Source of the DNA: Candidatus Baldrarchaeota archaeon
Lineage (GTDB): Archaea > Asgardarchaeota > Baldrarchaeia > Baldrarchaeales > DXJG01
Length of the DNA stretch: 32,000 bases
Assembly: GCA_019056805.1 (NCBI GenBank)
Contig: DXJG01000002.1
Span: forward strand, 403,103-435,102
Direction: 5' to 3'
Every line of letters starts with the position of its first letter. Within the stretch, counting starts at the first letter, position 1. This document shows, piece by piece, positions 25,844 through 32,000 of this stretch. The translations under genes were made by a program, and so were the position numbers. Below the pieces are notes generated by a model. The model did not search any database. It worked only from the letters and a program-made list of their open reading frames with translations, and was not told the origin of the DNA.

Positions 25844-26863
25844 TTATTTTAAATTTGTAATTTCTTTCCACAGGAGTGAGCAACATTCATCATAAATTTT
25901 AACTTTTAAACCGAGTTTAGTGGCGAGATTATATGCTTCCTCGCTTGGATAAGCAATACCATTTACACCCGCTCTAATACTGAGTACATCTACACTAGCT
26001 TTATACGGGCCTCTTGGACACGCACAGCCAAGAAGCAATGGCGTATTAGGCATTAAAAATCTTGCGGCTAACATAACCTTTGAAACAACAATAGGTGAAG
26101 GAGGGTCTATGTTTTCCATCGGAGTACCTCTTAAGGGCATAAACACAACTATAACTAATGCCGCTATACGACGCCTCGCCACAATTTTTAATGCTTCTTT
26201 TTCTCCTTTCAACTTTCCAAAATGTAGTCCAACAACTATATGAGGAATAGTAGGTATTCCATTCTGCTCTAAAAGAATAAGAGAATATTCAAAATCTTCT
26301 ACACTGCGATCGAGATGATACACTTTCCTAATAGTTTCATTTGAACCAATAATATCAAGCATGACACCATCAACATCAACTGTCGCAAGAGCCTCTGCCA
26401 TTTTAGGGCTGATAAGACCTGTATGAATAACCACCCTCAAACCTAACTCTTCTTTCACACGTTTAATTGCGGGAATAAACTTCATTAAAGGTACACTTCC
26501 ATCTTTAATGCTTCCTCCACTAATAAGACAGCCTTTGCCCCCATGTTTCTTAATTTTAAGACATACTTTAAGCAAATCATCCGGATTCTTTATAGGAATC
26601 ATATTTTCCAAAAGTTTCCCTTTACAATGCTCACAATTAAGATGACACATTCTTCCAGTTATAGAAAGAGCCGGAAATCTAAACGGATTCACAGCCTTAT
26701 GAAAGTAAGTGTCAAAATGAACCATCCCAGGTGCATAAAAATAAATAATGTCCGGGAAATACTTTCTACGTAGATTATATGCCTCCTTAAATAGTAATCT
26801 CAACTCGAAAGACTCGCTTTGAAAACACCGTTCTATCACATCGTCATTACTGCTTCTAGACAC
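25844..26863 (-). CDS. Radical SAM protein, COG1856 / LipS2-like lipoyl synthase subunit
   Basis: FPALSITGRMCHLNCEHCKG (CxxxCxxC), GCLISGGS..DGSVP, IHTGL, DIIGS, PHIVVGLHFG, LGCACPRG; GTG start; adjacent to the lipoate ligase. Confidence 0.82.
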   Translation of the reverse strand: MSRSSNDDVIERCFQSESFELRLLFKEAYNLRRKYFPDIIYFYAPGMVHFDTYFHKAVNPFRFPALSITGRMCHLNCEHCKGKLLENMIPIKNPDDLLKVCLKIKKHGGKGCLISGGSIKDGSVPLMKFIPAIKRVKEELGLRVVIHTGLISPKMAEALATVDVDGVMLDIIGSNETIRKVYHLDRSVEDFEYSLILLEQNGIPTIPHIVVGLHFGKLKGEKEALKIVARRRIAALVIVVFMPLRGTPMENIDPPSPIVVSKVMLAARFLMPNTPLLLGCACPRGPYKASVDVLSIRAGVNGIAYPSEEAYNLATKLGLKVKIYDECCSLLWKEITNLK

Positions 26864-27204
26864 TCGAACACCAACCTAGCTTTATCCATCAGAGAAGATT
26901 CCAGACCAATAATCAGATTCATAATATTTTATTAAAGGCTTTCTACTTTTAGCAGCACTTTTAGAAGATTATATGGAAAAAACTTAAAAGTTCTCGTCTC
27001 CAAGCAAATTTCTTCTAAAGTAGTTTTCAAGAAATAAGAAGATATGTGAATGTACTCCGAATAACTGCTTCTAAGACTCAAATACTACAAATGTGAAATA
27101 AATTATTTTTCGAGAAAAACCGGAAGATGTTGACTCTGAAGTTTTTAATCATTTAGGGATGTAGATATTCTAATTCCTTAGCATGAACACCTTCTTCACA
27201 TAGC

Positions 27205-27271
27205 TAGTATTACTATTCGAAAAATTTTTATTACTGATTAGTATTACTTTTTTGCAAAAAAGTAATACTAA
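27205..27271 (+). promoter_or_regulatory. Promoter with operator array: three AGTAWTACT boxes, BRE-TATA and a 34-bp perfect palindrome
   Basis: TAGTATTACTA 27205-27215; CGAAAA..TTTTATTA 27218-27233; TTAGTATTACTTTTTTG|CAAAAAAGTAATACTAA 27238-27271 abutting SD GGAG at 27272. Confidence 0.75.
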
Positions 27272-27283
27272 GGAGAGGGTTAA

Positions 27284-28345
27284 ATGAGCAGTTTATCTGT
27301 AGATGAAATCCTAAAAAACGCAGTCAGGGATCCGATAACCCCTAATGAAGCAATTATTCTTCTCAAAAAGATAACAAGCTACGATAAAGCTTTAGAACTG
27401 TTTAAAGTTGCTACCAGTGTCAGAGGTGACGAAATAGACAACAAATTCAAGTTTGACGGATTCATAGGCACAATAACCCGATGCACAACAAATCCACCAT
27501 GTAGGTATTGTGGAAGATCCGCAAAGAATAGAAGTGATACCTTTACTGAACCATTGACTCTTGAAGAAATAGAGACAGGTGCTAAACTTATCGCAGAAAC
27601 TGGTGTCAAATGTGTTGAAATAGGGGGAGGCACAGTATGGGATGGTGCTGGAAATAAGGTTATAGAAGCTGTAAAGACCGTCAAATCTGTTGCTCCCGAG
27701 CTAAAAATATGGGTTAATGTTGGTCCAGCTCTTTCTAAAGACGATCTACTAAAGCTCAAAGAATTAGGAGTTATAGAGGTTTGTAGCTCATTAGAAACTT
27801 TTAATCCTAAAGTTTTCACTGAGACTAAACCTGGGGACAGCATGGAGGCGCGAAAGAAGCTTGCAAAAGAAATAGATGAAGTAGGCTTAGGACTTACAAG
27901 CGTAATGATGGTTGGCCTCGGCAGTAGCTATGAAGACTATGTTAACCACATTTTCTGGCTTAAAAAATTCAAAAATCTAAGCCACTTCCCAATAACTGGT
28001 TTTAGACCTATACCTGGCACGCCAATGGAAAACCATCCTATGGCATCACCTATTGAAGTTGCCAAAGTAGGTGCCGTAGCAAGACTTGTACTGAGAAAAG
28101 TGGATTTATCCTTTGGAGGCATGATGAATGATCCTAGACTCTTACCACTGTGGATCATGGCAGGAGCAAATAGAGCTATACATTTGGGACCTCATGTACA
28201 CAGACTTAGACAAGGAAGCTGGTTTGAAATCAGATATTCACAAGAGGTAGTTGTGAAAAATATAGGAAAACTACAATTTCAAAATATGCTCCCTCTTACG
28301 ACGAGGATAGTTAAAGACATGGGCATGGAGGTTGATGTAAGCTAG
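27284..28345 (+). CDS. Radical SAM enzyme, BioB-like clade, HcgA/HmdB-like with CX5CX2C motif
   Basis: CTTNPPCRYC; LTLEEI, WVNVG, CSSLETFN..VF...KPGDS.E.R, MVGLGSSYED..NH, GFRPIPGTPMENHP resemble HmdB/BioB BATS-region motifs. Confidence 0.8.
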   Translation: MSSLSVDEILKNAVRDPITPNEAIILLKKITSYDKALELFKVATSVRGDEIDNKFKFDGFIGTITRCTTNPPCRYCGRSAKNRSDTFTEPLTLEEIETGAKLIAETGVKCVEIGGGTVWDGAGNKVIEAVKTVKSVAPELKIWVNVGPALSKDDLLKLKELGVIEVCSSLETFNPKVFTETKPGDSMEARKKLAKEIDEVGLGLTSVMMVGLGSSYEDYVNHIFWLKKFKNLSHFPITGFRPIPGTPMENHPMASPIEVAKVGAVARLVLRKVDLSFGGMMNDPRLLPLWIMAGANRAIHLGPHVHRLRQGSWFEIRYSQEVVVKNIGKLQFQNMLPLTTRIVKDMGMEVDVS

Positions 28346-28384
28346 ATAATCATATGTATTTTAGTTTAAAAGGGGAGAAATGTG

Positions 28385-29449
28385 ATGGCTGCTAGAAAAG
28401 TTTGGATTATTGCAATCTTATCTATAATAATTGTTACCGTAGCAATTGGAGGGCTCTACTACTACAACATATTATTATCTCAATCAGGACAAGTTAAAAT
28501 AGTGGATCAAGCCGACAGAGAAGTATATGTTCCACGAAAAATAAGCAAGGTTGTTAGCCTCTGGCCAGAGGCTACCAGAATCATAATTGCCCTTGACGCT
28601 GGAGATATGCTAGTAGGTGTATGTAGTGCTGATAAAAGAGACCCCATAATGACTAGGATTTATCCACAACTACAAGAACTACCAGACTTAGGAGATATTC
28701 GAGCTGGAGTAAATACTGAAGAGTTGGTTTCATTAGAGCCAGATGTAATCTTTTCAGATGCTAGAAGTCCGGAAGCAGCAGATGACTTGCAAAAGACAAC
28801 AGACATACCCGTAGTATGTGTAAGAATTAGTCTTCCGCCCGATGGTCATTTCTCTTTTGAACCAATAACGCTAATTGGCAAAGTTCTGAATAAAGAGGAT
28901 AAAGCAGAGTATCTGCGAAACTTCTTGGAAAGCGAACTTTCTAAGGTAACTGATGTTACCTCTGATATACCAGAAGATGAAAGAAAAACCGGCTACATAG
29001 CGTTTGCCAGAGATCCTTTAATTACCCTAGGTCACGTTGATCCTTTGGAATCTGCAGGCGTCATTAATGTAGCTACAAAGGGATTCCAAACAGTTTGGTA
29101 TCCAGTGAACATAGAGCAATTAATCATGTGGAACCCGGACATCATCATAATTCATTGCCTTCACAAGATAATAGGCAATTATACCATAGAGGATATCTTA
29201 AATGACCCACAGTGGCAGAATTTAGATGCCGTAAAGGAAGGACGAGTATACAATGTAATTGTTGGCTATTATGGCTGGTATCCAGCAACTGCCATTATTA
29301 ATGTTATGCAAATCGCTAAAATCGCTTATCCAGAACTTTTCAGTGATCTTGATGTCGAGAAAGAAGGCAATGAAATATACAAGGTTATGTACGGCGTTGA
29401 CAACTTTTTCACAGACTTAGTTGATATCTACAACCTCTACGTACCCTAA
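28385..29449 (+). CDS. ABC transporter substrate-binding protein, Fe-siderophore/cobalamin (FecB/BtuF) class
   Basis: N-terminal TM anchor (VWIIAILSIIIVTVAIGGLYYY), no lipobox; VDQADREV.VP..ISKVVSL, NTEELVSLEPDVI, NIEQLIMWNPDIII, W.NLDAVKEGRVY; alternative GTG start at 28382. Confidence 0.9.
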   Translation: MAARKVWIIAILSIIIVTVAIGGLYYYNILLSQSGQVKIVDQADREVYVPRKISKVVSLWPEATRIIIALDAGDMLVGVCSADKRDPIMTRIYPQLQELPDLGDIRAGVNTEELVSLEPDVIFSDARSPEAADDLQKTTDIPVVCVRISLPPDGHFSFEPITLIGKVLNKEDKAEYLRNFLESELSKVTDVTSDIPEDERKTGYIAFARDPLITLGHVDPLESAGVINVATKGFQTVWYPVNIEQLIMWNPDIIIIHCLHKIIGNYTIEDILNDPQWQNLDAVKEGRVYNVIVGYYGWYPATAIINVMQIAKIAYPELFSDLDVEKEGNEIYKVMYGVDNFFTDLVDIYNLYVP

Positions 29450-29479
29450 TACAACCTAAAACCAAGGTAGTGATAACTA

Positions 29480-30451
29480 ATGTTATCAAAGAGAAATTAT
29501 TATCTCATACTTTTTTCTCCTATTCCAGTCATTCTTGTCTCACTAGGTGTTGGCAGATATCCTTTGCATCTTATGTTTAAGTCGTTCTCTCTTGGTGAAA
29601 CGGCATCATTCATTCTATTTAATATAAGATTGCCTCGAATTCTTCTGTGTGCGCTGGCTGGCGCTACCTTATCGGTGGCTGGTGCTTCTCTTCAATCCAC
29701 TTTACGTAATCCCTTAGTTTCACCATACATTTTAGGATTGTCACAAGGTGCAGCTTTCGGAGCTGCGCTTGCCATGCTTTTATTGCCTTATTCTTCGTAT
29801 ATGATTCCTATATTAGCTTTTATTTTCGGTTTTTCGGCAGTAATTCTCGCATGTTCACTTGCTCGAATACGTGGTGGATTTTCAACTGTGACCGTTATTT
29901 TAGCTGGTGTTATAGTTGCAGCTATATTTACTGCATTGCTTTCAATAGTAAAGTTTATTTCTGATCCTTATCGTCTTTCTGGAATAGTATTTTGGACCAT
30001 GGGAGGGTTTTATAAAGCTTCATGGGACTATTTGCTTTTAGCTGCTCCAGGATCGGTAACGGGTCTTACAATACTTTTCTTTCTCCGTTGGAGATTGAAT
30101 GTATTATCTATGGGCGACGAGGAAGCTAAACTGATGGGAGTTAATGTTTATCGTGAAAGATTGCTTGTATTAATTTCAGCCACACTCGCCTGTGCATCGG
30201 TTATCTCTGTTTCTGGTATAGTTGCATGGGTTGGTTTAATAGTTCCTCATATAGTGAGATCTCTAGTGGGTTCGGATAACAAATACTTAATACCAGCATC
30301 CGCGGCTTTTGGCGCAAGTATTCTCGTGCTTACTGATGATTTATGTAGATCGCTTTTCTCTTTTGAAATACCGATAAGTATCGTTACAACGTTAGTTGCA
30401 GCACCGTACTTCATATATTTGCTTAGAAAAGTAGGGGGTGAATGGCGCTGA
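29480..30451 (+). CDS. ABC transporter permease, FecCD/BtuC family
   Basis: IRLPRILL...GA.LSVAGASLQ...RNPLVSPYILG.SQGA, LNVLSMGDEEAK.MGV, VGLIVPHIVR. Confidence 0.93.
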   Translation: MLSKRNYYLILFSPIPVILVSLGVGRYPLHLMFKSFSLGETASFILFNIRLPRILLCALAGATLSVAGASLQSTLRNPLVSPYILGLSQGAAFGAALAMLLLPYSSYMIPILAFIFGFSAVILACSLARIRGGFSTVTVILAGVIVAAIFTALLSIVKFISDPYRLSGIVFWTMGGFYKASWDYLLLAAPGSVTGLTILFFLRWRLNVLSMGDEEAKLMGVNVYRERLLVLISATLACASVISVSGIVAWVGLIVPHIVRSLVGSDNKYLIPASAAFGASILVLTDDLCRSLFSFEIPISIVTTLVAAPYFIYLLRKVGGEWR

Positions 30452-31224
30452 TAGTTGTTAAAGATGTACATTTCGCCTATGATGATAGTAAATTTGTATT
30501 GCGAGGTGTGAATTTAGAGGTTAAGTTGGGAGAGGTAGTCACGCTGTTAGGTCCAAATGGCTCAGGTAAAACTACATTGCTTAGATGTATATATAAGGTG
30601 CTTAAACCTAGAATTGGCTGTATTTACATTGATGGAAAAAATATTCTTGATCTAACATCTCGCGAAATAGCTAAGGTTATAAGCGGAGTTCCTCAAGAAC
30701 ATGAGACTACATTTCCCTATAGGGTTATAGATGTTGTTGTTATGGGTAAAACGCCCTTTTTAGACTTGTTTTCAGCCCCCTCAATAAAGGATTATAAAGT
30801 TGCTAAGAACATACTTGAAAAACTTGGGAAGGCAGAGCTGGCTGAAAGGCCTTACACTCAAATAAGTGGTGGTGAAAGGCAACTAGTCCTTATAGCTCGT
30901 GCTCTCATGCAGAATCCAAGAGTAATGCTACTTGATGAACCAACTAAACATTTAGATATTGTAAATAAGATGAAAGTATTGAGTATTATAAAGAAACTTG
31001 CCGTTGAAAAAAGATTAGCTGTACTTATGACCCTTCACGACCCAAATGAGGCAATAATGTTCTCAGATAAAATAGTGTTAGTAAAAGAAGGAAAAGTAAT
31101 ATGTTCCATTTCTTCTGAAGAATTAACTGCGGAGAGTCTTGAAAAAGTATATGGTATGCCTTTTAGGCTCGTGAAAGATGGAAATGTCAAAACAATTCTA
31201 CCAGTATTGGAATACACGGTATAG
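30442..31224 (+). CDS. ABC transporter ATP-binding protein, FecE/BtuD family
   Basis: Walker A GPNGSGKT, signature ISGGERQ, Walker B LLDEPT, H-loop LHD. Confidence 0.93.
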   Translation: MALIVVKDVHFAYDDSKFVLRGVNLEVKLGEVVTLLGPNGSGKTTLLRCIYKVLKPRIGCIYIDGKNILDLTSREIAKVISGVPQEHETTFPYRVIDVVVMGKTPFLDLFSAPSIKDYKVAKNILEKLGKAELAERPYTQISGGERQLVLIARALMQNPRVMLLDEPTKHLDIVNKMKVLSIIKKLAVEKRLAVLMTLHDPNEAIMFSDKIVLVKEGKVICSISSEELTAESLEKVYGMPFRLVKDGNVKTILPVLEYTV

Positions 31225-31315
31225 AAACCGTTTTAACTCCCCTTTTACATGTTTATCTGTAAAATTTGTTAATATTGCAATTATTTTGTTAAAATTCTAG
31301 CTACTTGAAGCACAG

Positions 31316-32000
31316 CTATGTTATTGGTGTGAAATAAAGTGTCGGATGAGGCCCTGAAAAATCAATGTTGGCATTATAAATTACTGTCGGTGGAGAAACA
31401 CCATAGATGAATGCTCTTCCTTTTTTACTGAAAATTTTAAAAAAGTAGTCAGCTGTTTCTCTTAATTTAACGTTTATTTTTGTACTTGGAAAAGTCGCTC
31501 CAATACAAAGATCTTTTTCAAACTTTACTCTAGAAATAATTTTCATAGCTATTTTTTCAGCATTTTGATGGCCGAAATCTGATTCTATTTTATCAAAAGA
31601 TAAGAATAGCAAGATATTATCCTTTTTTTCTTTTTTAAATTCATTTATCACCTTATTTACGGTATCTACAAAGTGGTCTCCATGATAACTTGTATAAACA
31701 AGCCATGGAAACTGTTTTTCATCTTCTTTTTCCTCACTGGGGATAATGATTTTACAGTTTTTCTGAACTTTCTCCCTGCCTACCAAAGCAGCATAAAACT
31801 CGAAGAAATAGAGCGGGCTGAGACCCTTGCAAGGTACGACAACCACGCCTCTATCCTGCATCAAAAAGTTCTCTACGGGAACCCCAGCAACATTTTCAAC
31901 AATGAATTCGGGAGGAACTTCACCAGTAGCTTCAAGAAGAACAAAACTTCCTCTCTTGTACCCACCTACAATTTTATCTATTATTTTAGAACCCGTGCTA
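31316..32000 (-). CDS. 5'-truncated KaiC/RAD55/GvpD-like P-loop protein; C-terminal, probably inactive, RecA-fold domain
   Basis: Frame stays open from 31864 to the window edge: STGSKIIDKIVGGYKRGSFVLLEATGEVPPEF..., i.e. the STG..LD..LGG..GS..L pattern without Walker A GKT. Confidence 0.65.
   Translation of the reverse strand, partial: STGSKIIDKIVGGYKRGSFVLLEATGEVPPEFIVENVAGVPVENFLMQDRGVVVVPCKGLSPLYFFEFYAALVGREKVQKNCKIIIPSEEKEDEKQFPWLVYTSYHGDHFVDTVNKVINEFKKEKKDNILLFLSFDKIESDFGHQNAEKIAMKIISRVKFEKDLCIGATFPSTKINVKLRETADYFFKIFSKKGRAFIYGVSPPTVIYNANIDFSGPHPTLYFTPIT

Noticed and set aside
26864-27200. Possible lipS1 remnant or small ORFs upstream of lipS2
   Set aside because: Only short, stop-interrupted frames with no Cys motif or SD; no recognisable homology.
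27284-28345. Biotin synthase BioB
   Set aside because: It has CX5CX2C rather than CX3CX2C, lacks the BioB YNHNLD-type motif, and no bio genes are nearby.
31316-32000. Gas-vesicle gene cluster (GvpD-like similarity)
   Set aside because: GvpD-like ATPases are common outside gas-vesicle loci, and no gvpA or other gvp genes are in the window.
1-32000. CRISPR arrays, IS elements, tRNA/rRNA genes, Sec/Pyl read-through
   Set aside because: No regularly spaced repeats, transposase motifs, terminal inverted repeats with target duplications, GC-rich cloverleafs or interrupted conserved ORFs were seen by eye.

Overview
AT-rich archaeal chromosomal window. It is most likely from an Asgard archaeon: it encodes a Rab-like small GTPase with all RabF-type motifs, and the SerK, LipS2-like and K/E-rich proteins hint at a thermophile. 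Many genes have a Shine-Dalgarno site (GGAGG/GGTGA about 5-9 nt upstream) and start with TTG or GTG. No rRNA, tRNA, CRISPR array or transposase was seen. Content, left to right: YkgJ Cys-cluster protein; a minus-strand operon (helical-repeat+Ig-like protein, archaemetzincin, membrane protein); HD hydrolase; an unannotated box C/D sRNA whose two guides match both strands of 16S helix 24; QueG-like and DUF362 Fe-S proteins; an ALDH / GlcD-like FAD oxidoreductase / CCG Fe-S protein operon with an SCP2-like tail; korABC; Rab-like GTPase; PfkB kinase with a probable ATT start; two tandem crenarchaeal-type SSBs behind a strand-specific leader hairpin; a class I isoprenoid synthase-like gene; glyA, a 21-aa K/R-rich micro-ORF, serK and cysteine synthase; a TrmB-like regulator divergent from an unannotated 48-aa ORF; a lipS2 / Lpl(AB)-DUF116 / LipT-like lipoate cluster; an HcgA/HmdB-like (CX5CX2C) radical SAM gene heading a FecBCD-type ABC importer behind a 34-bp perfect palindrome; and a truncated KaiC/RAD55/GvpD-like gene. 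All assignments come from motif recognition by eye; no database searches were run.
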